From the NCBI RefSeq assembly GCF_009914755.1, contig NC_060927.1: DNA of 64,000 nucleotides; one strand, 5' to 3'. The notes below the pieces were generated by a model. That model did not search any database. It was given only the letters and a program-made list of their open reading frames with translations, and was not told the DNA's origin. The stretch comes from the human T2T-CHM13v2.0 reference genome, Homo sapiens. A program made the translations under genes and the position numbers. Positions 14,230-27,209 of this stretch are shown one piece after another (position 1 is the first letter of the stretch; every line of letters begins with the position of its first letter).

Positions 14230-14875
14230 ACAGGTAAATTTTAAGAATAGAAAAGAAAGAGAGAATCTATACATTAAAAAGACATATCATAGTTTCTAAA
14301 TGGTAAAACTAAATTGTTATAACTAGCAATGCATATATGAATGGTAAAACTATTTTAAAAATGCAAGAAAGTAATGACAGTCAATGCTTGGTGTTCACAG
14401 GGGATTGGTTTCAGGTCCCCTATGGATACCAAAACCCGAGGCTGCTCAAGTCCCTTACGTGAAAGGGTATAATATTTGCATATAACCTAAGCACATCCTC
14501 CTGTATATTGTAAATCATCTCAAGATTATTTATAACACCTAATACGATGTAAGTGTTATGTAAGTAGTTGTTATACTGTATTGTTTTTGCGTTATTTTTT
14601 GTTTTTTATTTCTATTTTTTTAAAATATTTTCCTTCTGCAGTTTGTTAAATATGCAGATGCAGAAACTGCAGCTAGGAAGGGCCAACTGTACTATCAAAA
14701 TCAGGATGCTGGTTACTTATAGGGGAGAAAAGAGCTCTGGGAATGGGGCACATAGAAGAGCCTTCTTAGACAATGGCAAAATTATATTTCCTCATCTGGG
14801 TGGTGGTTACGAGTGTACAAAATAATATTTGGGTGTTCTATGTGTGCATACCTCATAATTCAAAAAAGTTTAATA
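14230..14875 (+). mobile_element. Old L1 (L1MC/ME) 3' fragment hosting a MER2
   Basis: ggtaaaactat...caaaatcaggatgctggttac...atctgggtggtggttac. Confidence 0.55.
14378..14689 (+). mobile_element. MER2 (Tigger) DNA transposon
   Basis: cagtc...ggggattggtttcaggtcccctatggataccaaaa...gctcaagtccctta...gggccaactg(ta). Confidence 0.85.
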
Positions 14876-15512
14876 AACAGAAAACAGAATCACCATCGTG
14901 GAGTTGCGGAGACCCTCAGGAATCCTCAGAAGCTCATAGTGAAAGCCAAGTGGGAAGGAGAGAGAAGAGGGGTGTTCCAAAATCCCTGAGTGTCAGCAGC
15001 AGATTTAGTAGGGACAGATTCTGAGACATTTTTTTCAGGATTTTTCCCATTCCATACCTATTATCCCCAAGTGGGACGCAATAGGGGTACTGCCTTCAAA
15101 TCAAGAGATTAGGACTTCTCATTAGAACTTCTTATTCTTTCTTCAAGAGAAGGAGTATATTAGGGCTGCATAACAACAAGGAGACAGTCTCAAGGGCACT
15201 CAACAAGTTTATCAGAGTGCCTATGAGGGAAGATATTAAAAATGAAGTAGGGCTTTCCTTTAAGACTGAAAAAGAGTTCCCTACATGAAAAGTAATGTGG
15301 CTGGTGGATCCTGGAAAAAGGGACCCTGAATTCCACTTCTGTCAGAAAACCAAAGAGGCAACCAGATGTTAGAAAGAAAACAATGTCATATGTTCCCAGA
15401 AACAGTGCGGAACCAACAGTAAAATTTTTGCAATATATATAAATGTATAATATTAAAAGTTTACTCATTCATACCTCTATTCGCAAATGTTAATTTAAAA
15501 ACAGAGAAAAGT

Positions 15513-15565
15513 TGTATTAGTACATTTTCATACTGCTATGAAGAAATACCGAAGACTCGGTAATC

Positions 15566-15604
<39 letters not shown>

Positions 15605-15819
15605 TTAATGGACTCACAGTTCCACATGGCTGGGGAAGCCTTACAATCATGGCGGGAGGCAAAGGAAGACCAAAGGCATGTTTTACATGGTGGGAGGCAA
15701 GACAGCGTGTGCAGTGGAACTGCCCTTTATAAAACCACTGAGTCCCTCCCATGATGTGTGGATTATGGGAACTACAATTCAAGATGAGATTTGGGTGGGG
15801 ACACAGCCAAACCATATCA
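15513..15819 (-). mobile_element. THE1 solo LTR with internal A31 run and internal deletion
   Basis: tgtattag...ttgggtggggacacagccaaaccatatca; A-run at 15569-15599. Confidence 0.9.
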
Positions 15820-16734
15820 GAAGCCATCTTACTTTACAAAGTTTCTCGTTCCTGGAGCTGCCTTTGCAGACAAAGAAATGATATTCAATGGTGGCCACCT
15901 TGCAAACACCTCAAGCACACGTGCAAAACAATTAGGGAACACTTACACAGGAGGTATTCGTGAACTGTCAGAAAATGTATACATAACAAAGCAAAAGCCA
16001 AAAGCAGAAATGAGACCAAAAGTTAACCATGACTTACAGCAAAGCAATGTATTTAACGTGGCAACATGCTGAAAAATTAATATTCTTAGTCACTGGATTC
16101 CAGTTAACTTTTTTTTTCCTACTTTGAGTTTCTTTTTAAATCACGCATCTCTTTTAACTCAATTATGCAATTTTGGAATGCTGAGAGGTTGGAAACTACT
16201 GAAATGTTCAAAAAGAGTTAGAGGAGGGCAAATTTAGAAAATTAGCTGAGAAGACAACCTTAAGTGCCCAGTGACAGGTGGTACAGTATAAGTGATCTTA
16301 TAATATACATAGTTTATATTTCTTATACTGCATTCCCTCCTTGTAAAAGCAATGCAAATTCCTACATAAGAATCAGAAATATAATCAAAAGAATTTAAGG
16401 AATATTCACAATCCCATCTACCTAGAGACAACACCTATTCTTTGCTATCTAGCCACCTAGAACCTCTTGCAATGTGTAGTCATTGTCCAAACATGAAATG
16501 CATTCACATAGTATTCTATACTCTACCATAATTTATTTTAGCCATCCAGCTATTAGATATTTAGATGTTCCAAACAATGCCTCTTTGTTTGATATGTAAA
16601 TGGTTACTAATTTTTACTATTACAAACAGCTTCAAGGAGGCAAAGGTGAATATAAACTTAAGATTTAAATGCAAAAATGAAAAGAACTTAAGATTTCGGG
16701 AATCATGCATTGTCATGATTCTTGTCACTCTAAA

Positions 16735-16870
16735 TCATTCATGTATGAGTTTACTGAACAAACACATGTTAAATATATGTACCTATTATGTGCCAGGCAC
16801 TTTGCTAGATGCTGGGGATGCAGTAAATAGACAGATGTGTTCCATACCCTCATAGACATCAGGGAAGAAA
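16735..16870 (-). mobile_element. L2 3' end
   Basis: cctattatgtgccaggcactttgctagatgctggggatgcag. Confidence 0.7.
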
Positions 16871-17329
16871 TAGATATATAGAATTACAAGCATGTAAAAA
16901 AGAATGATGATATGGGCAATACAGCCTTTACCAAACACATTAGAAAAACCAGTGAACAGAGATAAAAATCTTGAAACATCTGTGGTGGTAACTCCATTAT
17001 GCCAGTGACCAAAATCCTTTCTGAAAATCGCCTCCCTATGAATCACCTGGACTCTTAATTCATTCTCCTGTTTTAATATGTAAATTAACTACTCATTCTT
17101 TCCTAAAACTGAAAGCCCAAATTACAAAGACTCAGCAGCAGACCAAATGTATAGAGTGTGGGGTAATCATGCAGCTAGTGGATATTCTTCATCAATAGGT
17201 GAATATGAGATTGTGCTTGGTAGCATTGTGGAGTTGAGTGAACATCACCATGGGCTCTTCCTGTAAAATCACATGGTGCTTAACACATTTCAATAACCTC
17301 ATTAACTTTCACATACAATTTTCTGAACA

Positions 17330-17480
17330 TAATAAGTCTATAACCTACTACCTGCCATGCATTGTGCATATTATTCCTAATCTTCATGATAATCCTAAAC
17401 AGTAGATATTTTTATCCCTACCTTACAAATTAACAAACTGAGGCTCACAGAGGTTAAATCTGGTATCCAGAGACCCAATC
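17330..17480 (-). mobile_element. MIR SINE
   Basis: aaactgaggctcacagaggttaa core. Confidence 0.65.
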
Positions 17481-17515
17481 TGAACAGGCTGTCGGCTAGA
17501 GTATTTACTTTGCAT

Positions 17516-17541
17516 TCTTCCTTCCTTCCTTCCTTCCTTCC
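17516..17541. repeat. (CCTT)n simple repeat
   Basis: ttcttccttccttccttccttccttcc. Confidence 0.9.
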
Positions 17542-19334
17542 TGTGGTTACCAACAAGAGAACAGCTGTGGTGAGTCTGCCTGCTCCCAGGGTACTGCCTT
17601 ATAAAATGGATTCATCTGTCATGATCTGAGAGGAACAGAATCAGTAAACCTACCCCAAGAGAAGGGCTGTTATAGAGAGTTCATCCCTTGGGATGCTGCC
17701 CTTTTCCCTCAGAGCCAAGCTGCTTTGATCCTTAGCAACCAAACAGCAGAGCACATATACATGCCCCTGAGAGAGGGGCAGTGAGCTGCCTCCTCAGGAC
17801 TGCCACATCCAGCCCTACCATGAGTGCGAACCTCCCAAAACTGACAGCTTTTCTCCCCATCCTTCCCACTCAAAGAGGAAACAATGCTACTGTCATTTCA
17901 AGGAACTTAAAGCCACACACATCTCAGGGTCTTCTCCAGCATTCTTCCTGTGGTCCCAGCAGAGGCAGGCAAAGGAGGCTGTTCCAGGTCACTGGCCCAT
18001 ATTCTGTAACATAGGCCAGGGCCAGGGATTAGGTGTTAGGAGTGTAGGGGTGCGGGACTCTGGAGTGAGAGCCCTGGGTTTAACGCCCAGAGCTGATCTT
18101 TACCCTCTCCAAGACTTGGTTTCCTTAAAATAAAAAAAAAAATAAAAAGCAGATCATAATAGTATCCCCATTGACTTGTTAACGAAGGTTACATAAGATG
18201 GTATTTGTAGTTCGGCACAGCAATAGTAGGGACCATGCACCCAGTGATGAATTTTGCCTGTTGGGGGTTTCATTTAAATGATAAGAAATAAACAAAAAAT
18301 GAAAAAGTCACAGAGAAAAAGAGAAAATCTAGAGTGGGGTAAAAAAAAAATACAGAAATTTTGGTCCCAAATGTCATGATTTCAATTTTATTACAACATG
18401 CCAGTCTTATAATGGTATATAAAAGCCAGCATTTCAACAACAAATTTTTGACCCACCATGAAAACTAGAGTTTTACTTCTCTTTTAAACATGTTTTAACA
18501 AGAATCAAAGCTATTCAGGAAGAATGGAAAGTTGTGCTATTATTTCAAGTGATAGAGAAAAAACATTATTTGAGTCTGAAGAATCATTCATTTTTAATAT
18601 AATGAAAATTTGAATCTGATATAACTAATTGCTTAAACCTCTCTTGCATGTACTACAGCAAGATCATAAAAGATATCAAAGCATAAAGAGCAGAATAAGA
18701 ATTCTTTATCTGCAACAGGATTCCCTATGGTATTCTTCCGTAATGTATAGGTCTGTAACAGATATTCAACAAGAGAATTTAAGACAAGATATCATTTAAC
18801 ATACGAATTCAATGTTACCTTCAGGATCTCATCATACATACTTGGAGGATTACTTAGTCTGACAGATAGTTGTCTTGTACTCTTTTAAGATACCATAGCA
18901 AGCATTTGGCATAATTAGGTGTGTTGCTGCCTTATCACCTGCTCAAGGATAACCAGAGAGCAACCCAAGAATTGTGGTGTTTTCAGAAATTCAGATTTAA
19001 GGCAAACTTTGAACTTTACTATTTATAAATCATATATTCAGCTACCAAAGCCACCACAAGCTACAGACATGCTTTGTTACAAGGTACATGCTTAATCTAA
19101 GAAAAGTAGATACCTTGGTTTTTTTGTTACTGTTTTTAAAAGTTTCTATCATATTTCTGAAGACTATGCTATATGGCTTTAAAACAAGAATTAAGGTTAA
19201 AAACAAAACAGCAGGGTTAAGGTCAGATAAAACTATTTTAACCATCCTTCCTTCACATAAAGAAGTCTCCTGTATTATTAGGATTCCTAAATAATCTATA
19301 CTTTTCAATCCATTCTCAAATAGCCAAATATTTA

Positions 19335-19651
<317 letters not shown>

Positions 19652-19737
19652 TAAGTATGTGCTGACCCTAGAAACATTAAGAGTCTGACAAAATGCCTTA
19701 GCAGTTTTCAGTGTCAGTTGTTTTTCTTCTTTTTAAG

Positions 19738-20062
19738 TTTTATTGTTTTTAATTGAGACATCATAATTGTACCTGTTTATGGGCTACAATATGATGCTTC
19801 AACACATACATACATTGTTTAATGACCAAATCAGGGTAATTACCATACACCTGTCATTTCTTGGTGGTGAGAACACTGAAATCCTCTCTTCTAGCTTTTT
19901 TGAAATATACATTATCATTAACTATATTCACCCTACTGTGCAATACAACACTGGAATTTATTCTTACTAACTGCAGCTTTATACCCATTGACCTACCTTT
20001 CTACAGCCCTCTCCGCTCCCCAGCCTCTGGTAACCACTATTCTAACTTTCTACTTCTAAGTG
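19738..20062 (-). mobile_element. L1MA-type 3' end
   Basis: ataattgtacctgtttatgggctacaat...aatcagggtaatta...cccagcctctggtaaccactattct. Confidence 0.85.
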
Positions 20063-20799
20063 CCAGGTTTTATTATGCCATATATAAAAATAATAATGAT
20101 AGTACAAGTTTTAAAGTTTTTTTAAAAGAGCGTCAGGACAGTTATGCTGGAAACTCTCCCTGGGACATTAAAAGGTGAAATATTTGTTTCAGCCAAATGG
20201 TTTCTGCCTCACCAACTACTGTGCAAAATTCCCAGCCCTGAAAATGACTGATCCGCAGGGGACCCCAGCTGAGTTACCTGACCTACCTGTTGAGCAGATG
20301 CCCCCAGAGAGCTTCAACTTTGAGACTTCGTTAAGCTGTGTTCAGCACAATTCAAAAAAGTTATTGATACAAAGAGGAGTTATTCCTGGAGGATCACTCC
20401 TAAAACGCCAACAACTAGTTAGTGAGAATACCTGAATAACAATAATGATAACCTTTCAAAGAAGCAGCAACTATTATTTTACAGAAATAGAACTAAGTGG
20501 CACCTGAGTTATAAAGACAGTTTGGAGGAATTCTGCTGCATACGATCTTTAAACAACTAAGGTCCCCGTTCTCAATCTGCAGCTCTGAACCAAAGAACAT
20601 TAAGGGCATCACCTACTCTGAGATGACGGTGGCCTCTTTTAACCCCTGTTTATAGAATAGCTGGCTGCAGGTGAAAGGACTGAGATGATGCTGTCCTTGT
20701 CCCCCAGAAAGAAGCAAAATCATCTTTTTTACAGGGCAGGTACTTCCAGTCTAACTAGGGAAACATGCGGCAGTTCGCCAAGCAGTAAAATCTCAATAC

Positions 20800-21028
20800 G
20801 CATTTATTTAACAAACGCCCGTTATGTCTTAGGCGCGGTTCTTCGCGCTTTATAAAAGTTAACTCATTTGATTCTAAATAATAACCTTTTAGGTACGGAA
20901 AACGGAGAAAAAATCCATGAAGATGGGGACTTTCTACCCACCCCAGCCGCTTTACAAAGAAATAACCAAACTTCTAGTCCCCAGGTCAAAAATAAGGAGA
21001 TTAAAACCCAGACAGGGGAGGTTAAGGA
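20800..21028 (-). mobile_element. Degenerate MIR SINE abutting GADL1 exon 1
   Basis: catttattta...ttatgtcttaggcgcggttcttcgcgctttataaaagttaactcatttgattct aligns to the MIR tail; ggagattaaaacccagacaggggaggttaag resembles the MIR core. Confidence 0.6.
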
Positions 21029-21057
21029 CAAAAACCGCAGCCGCGCTGAGTCGTTAC

Positions 21058-21094
21058 CGTCCACAGGACACTGGCGGTCCGAGTCGCTGCTCAT
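21058..21094 (-). CDS. GADL1: GADL1 first coding exon (37 nt CDS part, MSSDSDRQCPVD + first base of Gly codon)
   Basis: Minus strand reads GCGGAG ATG AGC AGC GAC TCG GAC CGC CAG TGT CCT GTG GAC G|GTAACG. The peptide matches my recollection of the human GADL1 N-terminus (MSSDSDRQCPVDGDIDQQ...), and the match ends exactly at a GT donor (21057-21056). Lies in a CpG island. Confidence 0.93.
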
Positions 21095-21145
21095 CTCCGC
21101 TCCCCCACTCCAGGCTGCCCCGGGCGCGGCTCCCGCAGTCTGGGC
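21095..21145 (-). other. GADL1: GADL1 exon 1 5'UTR (TSS position approximate)
   Basis: GC-rich sequence directly upstream of the ATG with no upstream ATG; the TSS cannot be fixed from sequence alone. Confidence 0.55.
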
Positions 21146-21727
21146 GGCGACGGTGGTTGCCGAGGCAGCGCCCCCCGGGGGACCCGCAGGTGCACCAGGC
21201 AGCCGCGGAGAGAACACCAGTGCAAACGGAGGGACGAGGACGCGCGCGCTCCGTGCTCCTTTCACTTTGCTATCCAAGGCTCCAGTGCCAGGCTTTTGCA
21301 GCCCGCGGCTCTCTGTTAATATTTGGAGCGCTGCTGGCTGCTTTGCCACAGGCTTGACCCAGGGCCAGGGTCTCTCCGCCTTTGCGGGGAAGGGGTGGGG
21401 AAGTGTGTAGGAGCGTGGGTAATTTGGGTAGGAAAAGGCAGGGAGCACCCTACCAGCCCTCCTAGGATACAGGCTGGGCAAGGCAGATAAGTGGCTCTTG
21501 GCCTGGTGACCTTTCCAGCGTCCAGTTCTTTGGAGTAACCACTTCGCAGAGCCTCATCCAGCCGGAGGAGCCCCAGGCTAAATATGATGCCTGCACCAGG
21601 TCATCAGCTGAAGGAACCTATTTTAGGGCAGCTGTGGTGAACAGGATCCACTACCCATTCATTCAGCTCTGCCCTGACATTTAAGAGTTCTATAAGTGAA
21701 TCCCTTTTCCCAGTCCACTTTCAACTT

Positions 21728-21749
21728 TGTGTGTGTGTGTGTGTGTGTG
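21728..21749. repeat. (TG)11 microsatellite in upstream promoter
   Basis: Direct reading. Confidence 0.95.
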
Positions 21750-22490
21750 CCTCTGCAAAATTTTAAGTTTGGAAAAGGGAAATGGTAGGGGGTGCTGGGC
21801 ATGTTGTTACCTTATAGTAATGAGCAAAAGGAGGTGGTAAAAGGTGAAATGTTGTAAAAGGCTCAATATTTGTCTAGTCTTTAGAGTAAAATTTTCTCCC
21901 TGTGTTTGCTCCAGCAAGCCCTTGGAATTTTAGTTTCAGTCACGTTCCTATTGTAAATTTAAATTTAATTAGTGAATGCGGCATTTTTGTCATTCCTCCA
22001 ACAGGCTTTATGTTTAAAGTTAAATTCCCTTAGGAGCTTTTAACTGAGGCTGTCGATGGGATAGAAACAATCAGTTAATGCCATTTCAAAGCACATTTAT
22101 GACAACTACATTTACGGAGCTGCATTTGTAATCCAGATCTCAATGGACTAAAAAAAAGAAAATCGCTTTACATTTGCAAATGCCTAGTGTCACTTCTTAG
22201 CAGGTGAATTTTTTTCCTCTGGCAAGCATAATTATAGTTCACATCGGTGAAGACAGGGCAGACCTTTCTTCCAAATAAGAATAGATTATTTCTAATATAC
22301 CAACAACCAGAGTTACTAAAGTCAAGACCCTGCAGATAAATTTCAGAAAGACTGTGTAAGTTTCTGAGAACCCCACATACTCTTTTGTATCCAGTCTCAG
22401 CAGAAATATCACTGAGATCTAGTGATGAAAACGTAAATAACACTAGGAGTTAATCTTCTGTAACTCTATTAAAATATACTGAAAGAAGTG

Positions 22491-23985
<1,495 letters not shown>

Positions 23986-24534
23986 TATACACTCCAGCAA
24001 GTTTTTCACTTTTTTCTTAGCATTTTAATAAGAAAATCCCCTCCACTCCACTTTAGGATAGTGACCCGCGGCAGCTGCTGCTAAATTTCATATTTCTCTG
24101 TGTGACAAACCAGGGCCTGCAGGGGCCACAGTCATTTTACAGACCTGGACCAAGACCCCCAATCAGGGAATATGCCTTTCAAAATTTCTTAGATTGAAAA
24201 CTAGAAACTGCCCTATAGCACGCCCCTTACTGACTTATTTCAACTATCACATTTATTCCTGTAACAAAGGCATTGCATTATATTCTTCAATTACTAGACT
24301 TTTTCCCTGTGCCAGACACCAAGGATTTAAAGAAAAATCCTGCATTCAGAATAGTTTAGTATAATTGACAGAGAGATGCTTAAAACCAGCTAACCTTTCT
24401 TAGATGTTTTATTTTCAGTGAAAGATAAGGGGCATTGAGGAGCCACCACTGAGGGGGATGGTTAACTCTAATAGGGGGATTAAAAAGTCTCCAACAGGAA
24501 GTGACAATTTTGAAATACTTAGAAAAATTCACTA

Positions 24535-24760
24535 ATGATAGTTTTTGTCATGTACTATGAACTAGGTACTCCGCCAAATGCTTTTTATACATTCCCTTTT
24601 ATAACCCTCACAAAAATAGGAATTACTGTCCCATTTTGCAAATGGACAAACTGAGGTTCAGATTAAGTAACTTGCCTAAGAACCCAGAGGTGAAGAGTTT
24701 TAGAATCATAATCGGAATGCAGCTGTCTCTTATTATAAAGCCTGTTTCCTATCTCTACAG
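24535..24760 (-). mobile_element. MIR SINE
   Basis: cccattttgcaaatggacaaactgaggttcagattaagtaacttgcctaag. Confidence 0.75.
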
Positions 24761-24970
24761 TAGACTGCATTGATTAGCAAAGACACTTTCTAAAATCTTT
24801 GTAGTGTAAAACTTTTCACATAAACCTTTCATTTGTGAGTATAAAGATATGCCACTTGGTGTTACAGGAAACTGGACTGCACCTAGGCAGTCACATTTCC
24901 CTCACAGAGGAATCTCTACTTGTCATGACAAGATAGAATACACGAATGGCTCTCTAAAAAGAACTTGGAA

Positions 24971-25270
<300 letters not shown>

Positions 25271-25899
25271 TTAACATCCCAGGCAGGACTGCTGTGGAAA
25301 CAGCATTCATTAATTTATAAATTTGTTCAACATTTGCTGGGCACCTACCTACTGCATTGCACATACTTTTTATGGAAGCTGACCTCATCTCAACAACAGA
25401 TTTTCATAGGAATGCTCCAAGGAATTAGATACGTACATGAAAAGAAAGAAAAAAGAAGCGTTACTCCATGCAGAGTTGGCCAGTAGGCCAATTTATTTAA
25501 AGATGAGAAATGTGCCTTTTGTCGAATAGGAAGTGAAAGAGAACAAAGAAGATCCCAAGCTTCTATTCGGATGAGAAAATCTCTACCAGTCACATCTATC
25601 CAAGAGGCTCCCCCAAATTGTGTGGCTTTGAAAATCTGGAAGCATACTCAACAGAGAGGCAGCAAAATGCAGTGATTAAGAATCCAGTCTTTGGTGTCAA
25701 ATAAACACTACATTCAGATGCTGACCAGCCCAATCAATGGTACTCAATACGGGGTCAGTCCAATACTATCCAATGAATGAGTAACTTGAGCAAGTGATAA
25801 AACTAACCTAAGACTTCACATCTGTGTAAAGTGGGATTAATCGTATAAACTTTAAGGAACTTTTGAGTGATATCTCTGTATAGGTAAAGTGCTTTCAGT

Positions 25900-26280
25900 T
25901 ACTAATGGCAGAGATCTAAATTAGCAATGATTTAAGTACATTAGGTTGTTTTTTTCATCATTTAGCACAAAGTGTGGAGGTAGACATAGTCTAGGATTGT
26001 TATTACAGTTCTATATTTTAATCAAGCATGTTTTAATTTTCTTCTGTAGCATCTTTAATGCAGCCTTCCAGCCTCAGAACTTTCTCGTGGTCTTGTCTTG
26101 TAATGGCTGCCAGAACTCCGGAGGACTCCTGTTAGTCTTCCAAACAGGAAAGTAAAAGGAAAGGGGAAAGGGGAGAAAGTGGCATCTGGCAGTTGATTCA
26201 GACCCTTTAAATAACTTTCCCAGTGGTTTTGTTCAACAACATCTATTTAATATAGACACTTCCTCTCAAGAGAGGCTGGG

Positions 26281-26330
<50 letters not shown>

Positions 26331-26410
26331 ATGGGCACTTTGGGGGTTCTGCTATTGAGGAAAAGGAGAATGGAGATTGGGTAGACAGCCAGTAATATCT
26401 GCTATAGTTA
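25900..26410 (-). mobile_element. Old MLT1 (J/K/L-like) LTR
   Basis: aatggctgccagaactcc, gaggctgggaagtg, gagaatggagattgggtagacag motifs. Confidence 0.5.
26283..26326. repeat. (GT)22 microsatellite
   Basis: Direct reading. Confidence 0.97.
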
Positions 26411-27092
26411 CAGATTTGATCCAGTGCCACAAAGTAAATACTCAAAAAAAAATTCAGTATGTTAGAAAATAAAAGATTCCTGACAAGTGATAATAGAACT
26501 AGTCTAAGTGTGTGTGTGTGTTGAGGCTGAGTGTGAGAAAGAGTTTTGATCAGATATTACTTCTTATGAAAGAGGTAGAACACTCGTTAATTTTATCAGT
26601 TTCAAGCTGAGCTCAAAACTGACCGGAAACATCATTTAGGTTACAATCTTTTGCATACTTTGGTGCTAAAAACATGAATAGGAACACAGTTTAGTTACTA
26701 GAGAAGAACTCTAGGCCAAGAGAAAGAAAGAGCTTAGCAATTCATAGAAACAAAAGTGGGAAGGTGGAAGAGAAAAAATGAGAAAGGGATCTAACATGTA
26801 TTGCTTGCAAACAACCTAAATCACATCTGCCTATCTTAAGACTGGTTTTACAGCAATCATTTGGGAGGATAGCAAGGCCATACAGACTTCACTGAAGGGT
26901 TGTAAAGATGGAAAATCAGACTTGGCAGTTAAGCAAGAACCAAGCTCTGGAAGTTCAAAAACCAGGAAGCATAACAAGTAATTTTTTATAGGGATGAGTC
27001 TGATCAAGGATACCCACTTTGTCCCACTGCTGCAAGAAAGCCCCGTTGCTGCCATCAGATGCTATCTCAAGTACTCAGAGATAATCCAGTTT

Positions 27093-27209
27093 ATTTTTTA
27101 ATTTTATTTTTCTAATTTAAGTTCTGGGATACATATACAGAATGTGCAGGTTTGTTACCTAGGTAAACATGTGCCATGGTGGTTTGCTTGGAGGATAGGT
27201 CAGTGGGTG
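27093..27209 (-). mobile_element. Miniature L1PA 3' insertion with 21-bp 5' inversion
   Basis: L1PA terminal sequence (aagttctgggatacat...catggtggtttgct), T-rich tail, TSD AATCCAGTTT at 27083-27092 and 27210-27219. Confidence 0.85.

Larger units (their letters stand above)
21030..21450. promoter_or_regulatory. CpG island / GADL1 promoter
   Basis: Dense CpG and high GC (e.g. cgcgcgcgct, ccgcggag) against an AT-rich, CpG-depleted background; contains exon 1; CACCC/KLF-type GGGGTGGGG at 21392-21400. Confidence 0.85.

Noticed and set aside
20868-21410. 180-aa and 146-aa plus-strand ORFs antisense to exon 1
   Set aside because: Low-complexity Ala/Pro/Gly/Arg composition typical of CpG-island shadow ORFs; no recognisable homology.
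20864-21481. 205-aa minus-strand ORF as a standalone gene or N-terminal GADL1 extension
   Set aside because: It starts at a non-ATG codon in promoter DNA, and stop-free frames are expected in GC-rich islands. Only the 37 nt from ATG 21094 to the donor match GADL1; the read-through part is treated separately as a hypothesis.
21617-21627. CCTATTTTAGG as a canonical MEF2 or CArG site
   Set aside because: One base short of CTA(A/T)4TAG and one base too long for CC(A/T)6GG; kept only as an A/T-rich element.
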